The position numbers were made by a program, and so were the translations under genes. Positions 51,574 to 63,378 of a stretch of DNA of 64,000 nt are shown piece by piece. The notes beneath the pieces were generated by a model. It was not told where the DNA came from. It made no database searches and saw only the letters and a list, made by a program, of their open reading frames with translations. The first letter of the stretch is position 1. Each line of letters opens with the position of its first letter. This DNA is from Bacillota bacterium (GTDB lineage Bacteria > Bacillota > Dethiobacteria > DTU022): assembly GCA_030611385.1 (NCBI GenBank), contig JAUWPV010000003.1, forward strand, positions 18,996 to 82,995. Reading direction: 5' to 3'.

Positions 51574-54500
51574 TTGAAGCTTTTGGAGTTGGCTAATTAT
51601 GTCCACCTGCATTGCCATAGTGAATTCAGCCTGCTTGACGGCGCTGCGAGAATAAATGGTCTGGTCAGCCGCGCTGCTGAACTTGGGATGCCGGCAGTGG
51701 CAATTACAGATCATGGAACCATGTTTGGGGTCATCGATTTCTATAAAGCGGCTAAGGCAGCCGGAATCAAGCCAATCCTGGGATGTGAAGTTTACGTTGC
51801 TCACCGCTCACGTTTCCAGAAGGAAGCAAAAAAGGATGATTCACAATACCACCTGGTATTACTCGCTGAAAATATGAAAGGGTATCGCAATCTGATGTTT
51901 CTTGTTTCTGCGGGTTACCTGGAAGGGTTTTATTATAAACCGCGTATCGATCGTGAACTGCTGGAGGAGTACAGCGCAGGGCTGATTGCTCTCAGCGCTT
52001 GTCTGGCTGGAGAGGTTCCGGCCCTGATCTTGACTGGGCAGATCGAAAAAGCGCGCGAAGCGGCTTGTTATTATCAAAATCTTTTTGGGGATAATCGCTT
52101 TTTTCTTGAACTGCAAGATCACGGAATACCGGAACAAAAAGTGGTCAATAAAGTATTAACGCAGTTTTCAAAGGAGTTAGGTATTCCACTGGTTGCTTCA
52201 AATGATATCCACTACCTGTCTGCTGAAGATGCCGATATCCATGATGTTCTGCTCTGTATACAGACCGGCAAAACAGTTGACGAAACTGACAGAATGAAGT
52301 TTGATTCACAGGAATTCTATTTCAAGACAACTGCGGAGATGGCTAATCGATTCGCGGACTGTCCTGAAGCGATTAGTAACAGTGTACTAATTGCCGAACG
52401 CTGTAACGTGGAAATTGACTTTAATCAGCGACACCTTCCCGAATTTATATTACAGGACGATGCTGAACCGAACAGCTACCTTAAAGAACTTTGCTATAAA
52501 GCCCTTAAAAAACGCTACCCGGGGGCTTCTCCGGAGATCAGAGAAAGACTTGAATACGAGTTAAGAGTAATCGGTCAGATGGATTACGCGAATTATTTCC
52601 TGATCATATGGGATCTGATTGAATATGCTAAGAAAGAACAGATATTAGTCGGTCCGGGGCGCGGCTCAGCTGCCGGAAGTCTGGTAGCATATTGTCTCGG
52701 TATAACCAATATCGAACCATTGAAATACGGGCTGCTCTTTGAACGATTTTTAAATCCGGAACGGATTTCGATGCCGGACATCGATATTGATTTTTGCGAC
52801 GACAAACGTGACCGGATCCTGGCTTACGTTTGCGAAAAATACGGCCAGGATAAAGTGGCCCAGATTATTACTTTCGGAACCATGGCTGCCCGGGCGGCCG
52901 TTCGCGATGTTGGTAGAGCCCTGGCTATTCCCTACGCTGATGTTGACCGGATTGCCAAACTGATTCCGATGGAACCAAAAATGACTATATCCAGAGCACT
53001 TAAGCAAAGCAAAGAGCTGCAAGTTATCTACCGAGAAGAGCATTACCGCCATTTGCTTGATACTGCAAGGGCCGTGGAGGGAATGCCACGCCACGCTTCG
53101 ACTCATGCCGCCGGGGTAGTTATCGCCAGAGAACCATTGGTTAACTATGTTCCTTTATACAAAACTAACGACACCACAGTTGTAACTCAATTTCCAATGG
53201 GCACACTCGAAGATCTCGGGTTGCTGAAAATGGACTTTCTCGGTCTGAAGACGTTGAGTATTATCGGCGAAGCACTTGATATTATCAGCAGGCGGCATCA
53301 AATAAAGATTAACATTGAAGAGATACCACTAAATGACAAGGCGACCTATGAATTACTATCCCAGGGGGAAACAACCGGGACATTTCAACTGGAAAGTAAG
53401 GGGATGCGTTCGGTACTCAGAGAACTGGTGCCGAATAAATTTGAAGATATTATCGCTGTTGTAGCTCTCTACCGTCCCGGCCCGATGGAACAGATTCCTA
53501 TTTTCGTGCAGAGTAAACACGGCAGGAATGAGATTAAATATGCACATCCAGTTCTTGAACCGATTTTAAATGAGACTTATGGGGTTATTGTATATCAGGA
53601 ACAAATTATGGTAATAGCTGCCCGTATGGCCGGTTTTACCCTCGGACAGGCTGATTTATTGCGCCGTGCGATCGGTAAGAAGAAAAAAGAAATATTAAAC
53701 CAGCAGCAGGAGTTGTTTGTTCAAGGTTGTTTAAAAAACGGATATTCCCGGGACCTGGCTATTGAAATATACGATTTAATTTTGAAATTTGCTTCTTATG
53801 GATTTAATAAATCGCACGCTGCCGCTTATGCCCTGATTGCTTACCAGACAGCTTACCTGAAAGCCAACTACCCGGTGGAATATATGGCAGCGCTGATGAC
53901 TATTTATTATTCCAACAGTGATAAGGTTGCTCTTTATATCGCAGATTGCCGTCGTATGGGTATCGAAGTGATCCCTCCGGATATTAATGAGAGCGAAACA
54001 CATTTTACGGTGGTTGCTGAAACGAAGATTCGCTTCGGTTTGGCGGCAGTAAAAAATGTTGGGCTGGGGGCAATTGAGTCGATTACCACGGCCCGCCAGC
54101 AGAAACAATTTGTTTCTCTGCGTGATTTTGCATCGCGTATTGACCTGCGCTTATGTAACCGTAAAGTATTTGAAAGTCTGATTAAGTGCGGCGCTTTTGA
54201 CTCTCTGGGCGGCCATCGGGCCCAGTATCTTGCTGCGATTGATGATGTGCTGGCCCAGGGGCAATCAATCCAGCGAGAGCGGGAAAATGGCCAGATTTCG
54301 ATGTTTTCACTTATGGATAGCAGCGTTCAGGAAGAACAGCTTAACGATCATCTAAGCAAAATCGAACCTTTTAGCGATAAAGAAAGACTCTCCCTTGAAA
54401 AGGAAATGCTCGGCCTCTACATCTCTGGTCATCCGTTAGAGCCATACCGCAACATTCTTGATACAATACCGAAAATAACCCGTTGTGCAGAACTGGCTGA

Positions 54501-55017
54501 TGCCGGAGATAATCACCAGGTGAAGGTCGGCGGAATTATTGTTGCTGTCCGCAGGTTCTACACTAAAAAAAATAAGCAAATGGCTTTTGTCAAATTAGAA
54601 GACCTGACCGGTAGTGTTGAATTGGTAATCTTTCCGGATCTATTTGAAAGGCAAGCTGCGTTGCTTGAAGAAGATACCCTGATTTTAGTTGAAGGCAGGA
54701 CAGATCTGAAGGAAGAAGAAGATATTAAAATTATAACCGATACGGTCAGCCCTTTAAATATGATCAATAAATATTACCGTTTGGTCATCAACGAAGGTCA
54801 AGGTCAAGAAGTGTTGGAAAATTTAAAAAATACCCTTATAGCGGAAAACGGTGAGGTGCCGGTTTGTCTCTTTTTTAAAAGTAACAATCAATCCCTGATG
54901 CTTGGAGAAGAATACTGGATTCACGATCATCCGTCATGCCGAAAAAGGCTGGAAAATCTTTTAGGCCCGGGTACAGTTATTGAACAGGTTAAAAAGGGAA
55001 ATACTAAAAGCCACTAA
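51574..55017 (+). CDS. dnaE: DNA polymerase III alpha subunit
   Basis: PHP domain HLHCHSEFSLLDG, GPGRGSAAGS, MPDIDIDF, KMDFLGL, YGFNKSH and an OB fold. Confidence 0.97.
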   Translation: MKLLELANYVHLHCHSEFSLLDGAARINGLVSRAAELGMPAVAITDHGTMFGVIDFYKAAKAAGIKPILGCEVYVAHRSRFQKEAKKDDSQYHLVLLAENMKGYRNLMFLVSAGYLEGFYYKPRIDRELLEEYSAGLIALSACLAGEVPALILTGQIEKAREAACYYQNLFGDNRFFLELQDHGIPEQKVVNKVLTQFSKELGIPLVASNDIHYLSAEDADIHDVLLCIQTGKTVDETDRMKFDSQEFYFKTTAEMANRFADCPEAISNSVLIAERCNVEIDFNQRHLPEFILQDDAEPNSYLKELCYKALKKRYPGASPEIRERLEYELRVIGQMDYANYFLIIWDLIEYAKKEQILVGPGRGSAAGSLVAYCLGITNIEPLKYGLLFERFLNPERISMPDIDIDFCDDKRDRILAYVCEKYGQDKVAQIITFGTMAARAAVRDVGRALAIPYADVDRIAKLIPMEPKMTISRALKQSKELQVIYREEHYRHLLDTARAVEGMPRHASTHAAGVVIAREPLVNYVPLYKTNDTTVVTQFPMGTLEDLGLLKMDFLGLKTLSIIGEALDIISRRHQIKINIEEIPLNDKATYELLSQGETTGTFQLESKGMRSVLRELVPNKFEDIIAVVALYRPGPMEQIPIFVQSKHGRNEIKYAHPVLEPILNETYGVIVYQEQIMVIAARMAGFTLGQADLLRRAIGKKKKEILNQQQELFVQGCLKNGYSRDLAIEIYDLILKFASYGFNKSHAAAYALIAYQTAYLKANYPVEYMAALMTIYYSNSDKVALYIADCRRMGIEVIPPDINESETHFTVVAETKIRFGLAAVKNVGLGAIESITTARQQKQFVSLRDFASRIDLRLCNRKVFESLIKCGAFDSLGGHRAQYLAAIDDVLAQGQSIQRERENGQISMFSLMDSSVQEEQLNDHLSKIEPFSDKERLSLEKEMLGLYISGHPLEPYRNILDTIPKITRCAELADAGDNHQVKVGGIIVAVRRFYTKKNKQMAFVKLEDLTGSVELVIFPDLFERQAALLEEDTLILVEGRTDLKEEEDIKIITDTVSPLNMINKYYRLVINEGQGQEVLENLKNTLIAENGEVPVCLFFKSNNQSLMLGEEYWIHDHPSCRKRLENLLGPGTVIEQVKKGNTKSH

Positions 55018-55075
55018 AATTCTGTATGGAACAGGGCTTGAATAATAGTAATATTATGTCGGGAGGTCAATCAAA

Positions 55076-56824
55076 ATGCGACGAACAAAGATTGTTTGCA
55101 CAATCGGGCCGAGTATCGATACGGCAGATCAAATTGCAAAACTGATCGAAGCGGGATTAGATGTGGCCCGGCTGAATCTTTCTCACGGCAAGCGTGAAGA
55201 TCATCTTCGCCGCCTGGAACTGATTCGCGATGTCAGCGCCAGGATGAAAAGAAATGTTGGCTATCTTTTTGATACACGCGGTCCGGAAGTACGGACCGGA
55301 GATCTTATGGAAGATTATGTTATATTGGAAGATGGACAAGAATTGATTTTAACAACAGCTCCACTGATCGGAGATAACCGGAAGGTGGCTGTTACTTATG
55401 CTGATCTACACCGTGATCTGATGCCCGGTTGTGCAGTATTAATCGATGATGGTTTGATCGAGTTAAAGGTTTTGGAGATTTCCGGACAGGAAATATTGTG
55501 CCGGGTTCTACACGGTGGTGAATTGCGAAGTTATAAGGGGTTAAACACTCCGGGCACCAGGATAAATTTACCGGCAATGGGCGATGAAGATCGTATCGAC
55601 ATAAAAATGGCTCTTGAGAACGATGTTAACTTTTTAGCGGCTTCGTTTACAAGAAGCGCCGATGATATCCTTGAAATAAGACGGCTTGTTGAAAAACAGA
55701 ACGGCAGTATTATGATTTTAGCAAAAATCGAAAGCAGGGAAGGTGTTGAAAATTATGACACAATTTTGGAAGTATCGGACGGAGTTATGGTCGCCCGTGG
55801 TGACTTAGGTGTCGAGATACCGCCGGAAGAGGTTCCGCTATTGCAGAAACAGTTTATTCGAAAGTGTAATCGGCTCGGTAAACCGGTAATTACTGCGACC
55901 CAGATGCTCGACAGTATGATCCGCAACCCACGGCCGACCCGAGCGGAGGCCAGCGATGTGGCCAATGCTATTTTTGATGGTACAGATGCACTTATGCTCT
56001 CTGGAGAAACGGCTATTGGGCGATTCCCGATTGAAGCTGTGCAGACGATGAGCCGTATCGCTGAACGGACTGAAGAAGGTTTGGAGTATAAAAAAATATT
56101 GGAAGAGCTGAGCCCGTTGATCAAGAAATCAATAACCGACGCGATCAGTTACGCTACCTGTCATATTGCTTATGAACTGGGCGCCGATGCCATCATTACA
56201 GCCACCCAATCGGGCCATACCGCACGGATGGTCTCAAAATACAGGCCGCGTGCACCGATCGTTGCTGTTTCTTCACGCCGGCAGGTGGCCGCCCAGCTGA
56301 CTTTAACCTGGGGCGTGCAAGCAATAATCTGTCCTCCGGTTAATTCTACTGACGATATGTTTGCCAATGCTATTAATACTTCGCTTAAAGAAGGTCTGAT
56401 CAAGAACGGTAACCTGGTAGTGATTACCGCGGGAGTTCCGGTTGGAGTATCGGGGACTACCAACCTGTTAAGGGTTGAAACGGTGGGAGAGGTTATCGTA
56501 AAGGGAACGGGAGTGGGGAAAACAGCTGTAAGCGGCCCCGCCTTTGTGGTCAGAAACGAAGGAGATCTTGAAAATATCAAAGAAGGGCAGATCCTAATTG
56601 CCAGGACTACGAATGTTTGTTTTATGACTGCTATCGAAAAAGCAGCAGCCCTTGTAACGGAAGAAGGCGGCTTGACTTCACATGGTGCGATAGTGGCGAT
56701 CAACCTGGGCAAACCAGCTGTTGTCGGTGTTAAAGGAGCCGTAGATTTAATTGAAACAGGGGCAGTGATCACGGTTGATGCAATCCGTGGTCTGATATAT
56801 CGTGGTGAAGCAAATGTCCTTTAA
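55076..56824 (+). CDS. pyk: Pyruvate kinase with C-terminal PEP-utilizer domain
   Basis: RRTKIVCTIGP, MVARGDLGVE, TATQMLDSM, MLSGETA and C-terminal GGLTSHGAI. Confidence 0.97.
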   Translation: MRRTKIVCTIGPSIDTADQIAKLIEAGLDVARLNLSHGKREDHLRRLELIRDVSARMKRNVGYLFDTRGPEVRTGDLMEDYVILEDGQELILTTAPLIGDNRKVAVTYADLHRDLMPGCAVLIDDGLIELKVLEISGQEILCRVLHGGELRSYKGLNTPGTRINLPAMGDEDRIDIKMALENDVNFLAASFTRSADDILEIRRLVEKQNGSIMILAKIESREGVENYDTILEVSDGVMVARGDLGVEIPPEEVPLLQKQFIRKCNRLGKPVITATQMLDSMIRNPRPTRAEASDVANAIFDGTDALMLSGETAIGRFPIEAVQTMSRIAERTEEGLEYKKILEELSPLIKKSITDAISYATCHIAYELGADAIITATQSGHTARMVSKYRPRAPIVAVSSRRQVAAQLTLTWGVQAIICPPVNSTDDMFANAINTSLKEGLIKNGNLVVITAGVPVGVSGTTNLLRVETVGEVIVKGTGVGKTAVSGPAFVVRNEGDLENIKEGQILIARTTNVCFMTAIEKAAALVTEEGGLTSHGAIVAINLGKPAVVGVKGAVDLIETGAVITVDAIRGLIYRGEANVL

Positions 56825-57875
56825 CATTTCCGAAAAAGAAACTATTGGCATCATCTATCATTCCGATTACCTGATCCACACTCAGGGACAGCATCCTGAA
56901 CGGAAAGAAAGACTCGAGCATATTATTGCGGCTCTTGCTAAAGGCGATCTACCGGATAGAATCGAAATGATCGAACCGGTTTCGGCCGCCGTTGAAGATA
57001 TCACTCTGGTCCATACTCCCGTTTATGTCCAATCGATAGAAGAAGCTTGCTTTTCCGGAAAAAATCATTTAGATATGGATACTTACATTGTTCCGGAATC
57101 ATACCGGGTAGCGCTTCTCTCAGCCGGTGGCGTCATAACCGGCGTGAGGAGAGCTCTCAGTGATAAACCGCGAAAAGTATTTGTCTTAAACCGGCCTCCC
57201 GGACACCATGCCGAGCGGAATCGGGCTATGGGTTTTTGCCTTTTTAACAATGTTGCTGTTGCCACCGCTGTCGCCAAACGTGACTATGGTTTGAAAAGGA
57301 TTGCTATTATCGACTGGGATGTCCACCATGGTAACGGTACACAACACACTTTTGAGGATGATCGCGGGGTTCTCTTTATATCGATACACCAGAGTCCAGC
57401 CTATCCCGGTACGGGACAAATTCATGAAATTGGACAAGGTGATGGTGAAGGTTTTACTGTGAATATACCACTTACTCCGGGCTGTGGTGATGGGGAGTAC
57501 GCCCTCTTTTTCGATCGGGTAATTATTCCGATTCTTGATCAGTATAAACCCGAATTGTTGATTGTTTCGGCCGGACAGGACGCTTATCACCTGGATCCAC
57601 TGGCTGGCATGTCACTGACGCACCGGGGTTATTACTATATGGCGGAAGTGCTCTCTTCTGCTGCTGAACGCTGGTCAAATGGTCGAGTCGTACTCTGCCT
57701 GGAAGGTGGTTACCATCTGCAGGGGCAAGCCGGTGCTGTAGTCCAGGTGTTAAATGCCCTGGGCAGCTGGGAATTACTGGTTACCAAACAGGTACCTGAT
57801 TTGGAACTGGACCGTCGGGCTCGGCTGCGTCTCGAAGAAGTGCTCGCAGTACAGAGGGTCTACTGGAACATCTAA
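56814..57875 (+). CDS. Histone deacetylase family (Zn-dependent) amidohydrolase
   Basis: HPE..RL, RPPGHHA, GFCLFNN, DWDVHHGNGT, SAGQD and LEGGY. Confidence 0.92.
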   Translation: MSFNISEKETIGIIYHSDYLIHTQGQHPERKERLEHIIAALAKGDLPDRIEMIEPVSAAVEDITLVHTPVYVQSIEEACFSGKNHLDMDTYIVPESYRVALLSAGGVITGVRRALSDKPRKVFVLNRPPGHHAERNRAMGFCLFNNVAVATAVAKRDYGLKRIAIIDWDVHHGNGTQHTFEDDRGVLFISIHQSPAYPGTGQIHEIGQGDGEGFTVNIPLTPGCGDGEYALFFDRVIIPILDQYKPELLIVSAGQDAYHLDPLAGMSLTHRGYYYMAEVLSSAAERWSNGRVVLCLEGGYHLQGQAGAVVQVLNALGSWELLVTKQVPDLELDRRARLRLEEVLAVQRVYWNI

Positions 57876-59141
57876 TCAAAAGCTGAGATCGCTGTTGTAA
57901 AGAACCAGGCCGCTGGGCAGTTTAGGATAAAAGTAGGTTGATTTTTGAGGCATAATCATTCCCTGACGGGTTCGTTTGAAAAGATCGCCAACCGGTAAGG
58001 TATCGAGAATGAAGGCTGCATCGGCTTTTCCGGTCTTAACCGCATCGAGTGTGGTAGCAAAATCGTGAGAAAAGCTGAGCATGTCTTTAGTATTTTTACC
58101 GGAAGCGAGTAAAGGTTTTAACAGGAGGTCGTGCAGGAGCGATACCGGAAGGTCCTCATTAGCGGAGGCCGCTTCAGGAACGAGCAGACCCAGACGATCA
58201 CTTAAGATACAGCCAAAGCCGCATTTTTCGCGGCTTATTTGTTCCAATTTCGCCAGAAAATCTTCTTCCACTGCTTTGGCAGGATCGCCCAACTCAATGA
58301 CCGTAAAGTGTTCACTGATAATATTCCGAAGCAATATTTGCTGTGCTGCATCGAGGCTGTGCAGAAGGCGGTGAGTAGGCAGCATCAACAGGCCGGGATC
58401 ATTGATGCTGACCATGACTGCCAGAATAAAACCGGCACCAGGCAGATTGCTTCGAGGGCTGCTTTGGGCGTGGTTCAGTGCTGTTTCATAGCGATGGTGG
58501 CCATCAGCGATAAGCAGCGGCTGGGTGGCCAGATAAGCCGTAAACTGATCCTGTAGAACGGAATCGGTTATCGGCCAGATTCGGTGAGTTTGCCCGGATA
58601 CTTCAACAGCTTCTATAGAGGGATCCATATGATCAGCGATGGCAAAAAAACCGTGCATGCGCTTATCCGGGTCCGGAAATAGTGTAAATATTGGACTGAT
58701 ATTTGTATGGGTAGCCTTGAGTAACGCAAGTCGATCTGTTTTCGGCCCGGCCATAGTCAATTCATGCGGTAGGACAATTCCGGCAGAATACGGCTCAAGC
58801 TTGAGGGTGGTGATTATTCCGCGCCGTTTGTATTGAATTTTGTTATATGTAAATGACTGTTCGTAAAGATAATAGTTGTGATGATCGTCCGGTTCAAGGA
58901 TCCCTTGATTCAACCACTGCTGTAAAATTGCGGCAGCCCTGCTGTAACGATTTTCATTTTCAGTATCGTCAGGGCTGCTTATTCCGTATTCAAGTCGGAT
59001 AATGTTATAGGGACTACTCCGGTACAGCAGATTTTGTTGTGCCGAATCGATTATATCGTAAGGCGGGGTAATTACGCTTCCGAGGTCTTTAATGTGTGAC
59101 TGGTTATAGATGATTCCTTTGAACGGTCGGATTAAAGCCAT
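57876..59141 (-). CDS. DUF1015 family protein
   Basis: PPYD, PHE.T, IADGHHRYE, PTHR and MPQKSTYFYPK. Probable ATG at 59141. Confidence 0.88.
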   Translation of the reverse strand: MALIRPFKGIIYNQSHIKDLGSVITPPYDIIDSAQQNLLYRSSPYNIIRLEYGISSPDDTENENRYSRAAAILQQWLNQGILEPDDHHNYYLYEQSFTYNKIQYKRRGIITTLKLEPYSAGIVLPHELTMAGPKTDRLALLKATHTNISPIFTLFPDPDKRMHGFFAIADHMDPSIEAVEVSGQTHRIWPITDSVLQDQFTAYLATQPLLIADGHHRYETALNHAQSSPRSNLPGAGFILAVMVSINDPGLLMLPTHRLLHSLDAAQQILLRNIISEHFTVIELGDPAKAVEEDFLAKLEQISREKCGFGCILSDRLGLLVPEAASANEDLPVSLLHDLLLKPLLASGKNTKDMLSFSHDFATTLDAVKTGKADAAFILDTLPVGDLFKRTRQGMIMPQKSTYFYPKLPSGLVLYNSDLSF

Positions 59142-59187
59142 TGTTTGCCCCCGTGATTTATAGGTTTCCTCATACAATTCAGTTCCG

Positions 59188-59216
59188 ATTCTATAGTAAC
59201 CCGAAACCCTTTGCAA
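59188..59216 (-). promoter_or_regulatory. Sigma-A promoter of DUF1015
   Basis: TTGCAA-17-TAGAAT. Confidence 0.6.
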
Positions 59217-59262
59217 CAGCCACATAGCCACATACTACCGCAATCAACAGCCGCCGTTAAAA

Positions 59263-59291
59263 TTGCATACGTTCCTGAACTGTGCTATACT
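59263..59291 (+). promoter_or_regulatory. Sigma-A promoter of rpsB-tsf
   Basis: TTGCAT-17-TATACT with the extended TGTG typical of rpsB promoters. Confidence 0.75.
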
Positions 59292-59304
59292 ACGCGTGGC
59301 AAAA

Positions 59305-59395
59305 TTAAATACGCACGCCTGTTAAGATCGGTTCCGGTTGGCTTAAAGCTTGGGTCCGAACGATGATGCAGGCGGTGGTAAAAACCAAAAGGAGG
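59305..59395 (+). ncRNA. rpsB (S2) autoregulatory leader, t44-like
   Basis: Long stem CGCCTG...CAGGCG followed by GGTAAAAACC just before the RBS, in the canonical position. Confidence 0.6.
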
Positions 59396-59402
59396 AATCA
59401 GT

Positions 59403-60317
59403 TTGGCAAGAGTAAGTATGAAGCAGTTGTTGGAAGCGGGGGTTCATTTCGGACATCAGACCCGCCGTTGGAACCCGAAGATGAAGCATTACATCTTTAC
59501 CGAACGTAACGGAATATACATTATTGATCTGCAAAAAACAGTTAAATTAATGGACACGGCGTATAATTTTGTGCGCGACATTGTTGCTGAAGGTGGCAGC
59601 ATTATTTTTGTGGGAACTAAAAAACAGGCTCAGGAATCTGTTCGATTTGAAGCGGAAAGGTGCGGGGCTCATTACGTCAACCATCGTTGGCTTGGCGGTA
59701 TGCTGACAAACTTTAATACGATCCACAAGCGTATCGATCGTTTACTCAAGCTTGAAACGATGGAAGCAGATGGTACCTTCGACAAATTAACTAAAAAAGA
59801 AGTGCTTGTTTTAAAAAACGAGAAAGAACGACTGATGAAATTCCTAAGCGGCATACGCACTATGAAAAAATTACCGAGTGCGGTATACGTGGTTGATCCG
59901 CGAAAAGAAAAAATTGCCGTAGCTGAAGCGAGAAAACTCGAAATTCCGGTTATTGCTATCGTCGATACAAACTGTGATCCGGATGAGATCGATTACCTCA
60001 TTCCCGGTAATGACGATGCCATCAGGGCTGTTAAATTGATTACTTCAGTTATGGCTAACGCTGTGCTGGAAGGCAAACAGATCAGCGAAGCACCGGAAGA
60101 ACCGGAAGAAAAATTAACAGCGGTGCCGGTCGAGTTAACAGATATAATATCTGAGTCAGCGGTTGATCAAATAGCTGCTGCTCCTGAAGTTGAGATAGAA
60201 CAAGCAGTGAATGCCGAAACAGATGAACCAGAATCAGGAGTAGAAGAGACCGAAGAAGAAACCAGCACAGATGCGAATATTAATGAAGATGTGAAAGCAG
60301 AAGAAAAAGAGGAATAG
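59403..60317 (+). CDS. rpsB: 30S ribosomal protein S2 with a long acidic tail
   Basis: [34 protein letters not shown] and PGNDDAIR. Confidence 0.98.
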   Translation: MARVSMKQLLEAGVHFGHQTRRWNPKMKHYIFTERNGIYIIDLQKTVKLMDTAYNFVRDIVAEGGSIIFVGTKKQAQESVRFEAERCGAHYVNHRWLGGMLTNFNTIHKRIDRLLKLETMEADGTFDKLTKKEVLVLKNEKERLMKFLSGIRTMKKLPSAVYVVDPRKEKIAVAEARKLEIPVIAIVDTNCDPDEIDYLIPGNDDAIRAVKLITSVMANAVLEGKQISEAPEEPEEKLTAVPVELTDIISESAVDQIAAAPEVEIEQAVNAETDEPESGVEETEEETSTDANINEDVKAEEKEE

Positions 60318-60392
60318 TAATCAACAGCTACTGTCAACAAATGACAGCAAAACTCAAAGGCAGATCAAATTAGAGCAGAGGAGTGAATCTGG

Positions 60393-61019
60393 ATGCACAT
60401 AGATGCAAAAGTTGTAAAAGCGCTGCGTGAAAAAACTGGGGCAGGAATGATGGATTGCAAAAAAGCGCTGCAGGAAGGCGGCGGCGATGAAGAAAAATCT
60501 GTAGACATCTTAAGAGAAAAAGGTCTTTCCGCAGCTGCTCGCAGATCAGGGCGGGTTGCAAACCAAGGGATTGTTGATTCTTACATCCACCTTGGCGGGA
60601 AGATCGGCGTTTTAGTAGAAGTTAACTGCGAGACTGATTTTGTGGCACTCAATGATGAGTTTCGCGGATTTGTTCGCAATCTCTGTTTGCAGATAGCAGC
60701 GACAAATCCCGGCTACCTGAAAAAAGAAGAGATTCCGGAAAGCATATTGGAAAAAGAACGCCAGATTATCAGGGCCCAGGCTTTAAATGAGGGCAAACCT
60801 GAAAAAGTAATCGAAAAAATCGTTGAAGGGCGCTTAGACAAGTTTTATCGCGAAAACTGTCTGCTGGAGCAGCCCTTTGTTAAAGATGAAGATATCGCCA
60901 TCGGGGAGCTACTGACTAACTTGATTGCCAAGATTGGAGAAAACATTGTGATCAGGCGTTTCAGCCGTTTTGAGATCGGTGAAGGAATCGAAAATGATGC
61001 CACATGCTGCTGCGACTAA
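60393..61019 (+). CDS. tsf: Elongation factor Ts (short form)
   Basis: [26 protein letters not shown] and GENIVIRRF. Confidence 0.97.
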   Translation: MHIDAKVVKALREKTGAGMMDCKKALQEGGGDEEKSVDILREKGLSAAARRSGRVANQGIVDSYIHLGGKIGVLVEVNCETDFVALNDEFRGFVRNLCLQIAATNPGYLKKEEIPESILEKERQIIRAQALNEGKPEKVIEKIVEGRLDKFYRENCLLEQPFVKDEDIAIGELLTNLIAKIGENIVIRRFSRFEIGEGIENDATCCCD

Positions 61020-61026
61020 ACTGATT

Positions 61027-61056
61027 AAAAAGAACACTGTAAAGTGTTCTTTTTTT
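61027..61056 (+). terminator. Intrinsic terminator after tsf
   Basis: AAAAAGAACACT-GTAA-AGTGTTCTTTTTTT. Confidence 0.8.
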
Positions 61057-61111
61057 ATAACTCCGTTAATTTCTAAATATTTAGCGCGCCTCAAAAAAAG
61101 TTCTGAAGTGT

Positions 61112-61139
61112 GAAGGTTGTATTAGTTTTCTTGTCGAAT
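61112..61139 (+). promoter_or_regulatory. Sigma-H-like promoter upstream of pyrH
   Basis: GAAGGT-N18-GAAT. Confidence 0.4.
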
Positions 61140-61149
61140 TAAACAATAA

Positions 61150-61884
<735 letters not shown>

Positions 61885-61887
61885 TTT

Positions 61888-62445
61888 ATGTTAGACGATA
61901 TCTATGCTGAAACTGATGCGAGAATGCACAAAGTTGCGATCGTTTTCCAGCGTGAGCTTGCTACGCTACGTGCCGGAAGGGCAACTCCTGCATTGTTGGA
62001 TCGGCTTGAAGTCGATTATTACGGAACCATTACCCCGTTGAATCAGATGGCCGGAATTACCGCACCGGAACCACGGTTGCTGGTTATCCAACCATGGGAT
62101 AAACAGTCATTGACTGATATTGAAAAAGCAATCCTTAAATCAGACCTGAGTTTAACACCAACCAATGACGGGAATGTAATCCGCCTGTCTATTCCACAGT
62201 TAACTGAAGAACGACGCAACGATCTGGTTAAACTTATCCGAAAAAAGGCAGAAGAAAGCAAGGTAATCATTCGAAACATCCGCCGTGATGCGAATGATAG
62301 CGCCAAACAGCTGGAAAAAACAAGTGCTATTTCAGAAGATGATCACAGACGGGCCCAGGATCACATCCAGCAAATAACCGATAAAAAGACAGCAGATATT
62401 GATGAAATACTGGTGCATAAAGAAAAAGAGATGATGGAAGTATAA
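61888..62445 (+). CDS. frr: Ribosome recycling factor
   Basis: LRAGRA.P..LD, YYG, P.LTEERR and RNIRRDA. Confidence 0.97.
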   Translation: MLDDIYAETDARMHKVAIVFQRELATLRAGRATPALLDRLEVDYYGTITPLNQMAGITAPEPRLLVIQPWDKQSLTDIEKAILKSDLSLTPTNDGNVIRLSIPQLTEERRNDLVKLIRKKAEESKVIIRNIRRDANDSAKQLEKTSAISEDDHRRAQDHIQQITDKKTADIDEILVHKEKEMMEV

Positions 62446-62598
62446 CTGGCCGCGGTTCAATCCTTTATTTGTGTCTGTAACCAGGCAAATAGATAGAGCT
62501 GTGTTGACTTATGGCGTTGTATACTGAAATATTGTAGTTAATAATGGTAACGAGAGGCGGCTCTCTCTGGGCAAAAAGGAGGGAGTCGTTATATTTGA

Positions 62599-63357
62599 AT
62601 GGTGGGATATTTCGTGGAGATCAAAGAGCGCGAGTCGGAACTTGTTAAAAAAATTAATCCAGACAGTGTTCCCGGTCACGTAGCGATTATCATGGATGGT
62701 AATGGCCGTTGGGCCGTTGAGAAAGGCCTGCCCAGGCATGAGGGGCATCGACAGGGTGTGGAAACAGTTCGCGAAACAGTGCGGAACAGCAGCGCACTGG
62801 GTATAAAAATACTTACCCTCTTTGCTTTTTCGACAGAGAACTGGCAGAGGCCTGTGCGGGAAGTTAACTATCTGATGAGCCTGCCTGAAATATATTTTCA
62901 ATCGGAACTACCGGAGCTAATGCGCAATAATGTTCAGATCAGGTTGATCGGTGACCGCACCCGACTGCCCCGAAAAGTTCAAAAGGCAGTCTATGACGGT
63001 ATTGAGGCTACCAGGAATAACAGTGGGATGATCCTGAATATTGCCCTGAACTATGGCTCCCGAACAGAGATAATCATGGCGGTAAACCGGCTTATTGATG
63101 AAAAAACAGAAGGTAAATTCAAGGGTGAGGTAGATGAAAAAATGTTTTCCGGTTATCTTTATACCGCCGGAATAGCTGATCCGGATTTATTAATCAGGAC
63201 AAGCGGTGAAAAGCGAATTAGTAATTTTTTATTATGGCAGCTGGCCTATAGCGAACTCTGGTTTACGGATGTGTTGTGGCCGGATTTTTCAAAGGTTCAT
63301 CTTCTGGAGGCAGTTTATGGTTTTCAGCAGCGTAAGCGCAGTTACGGCAAAGTATAA
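62599..63357 (+). CDS. uppS: Undecaprenyl diphosphate synthase
   Basis: HVAIIMDGNGRW, FSTENW.RP, RTSGEKRISNFLLWQ and WPDF. Confidence 0.96.
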   Translation: MVGYFVEIKERESELVKKINPDSVPGHVAIIMDGNGRWAVEKGLPRHEGHRQGVETVRETVRNSSALGIKILTLFAFSTENWQRPVREVNYLMSLPEIYFQSELPELMRNNVQIRLIGDRTRLPRKVQKAVYDGIEATRNNSGMILNIALNYGSRTEIIMAVNRLIDEKTEGKFKGEVDEKMFSGYLYTAGIADPDLLIRTSGEKRISNFLLWQLAYSELWFTDVLWPDFSKVHLLEAVYGFQQRKRSYGKV

Positions 63358-63378
63358 ATCGAAACAGGGTGATCAGTG

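Noticed and set aside
60080-60317. Acidic low-complexity tails of RpsB (and LCP1) and the GroEL GGM repeat
   Set aside because: These are common lineage-variable extensions, not repeats or insertions of special note.
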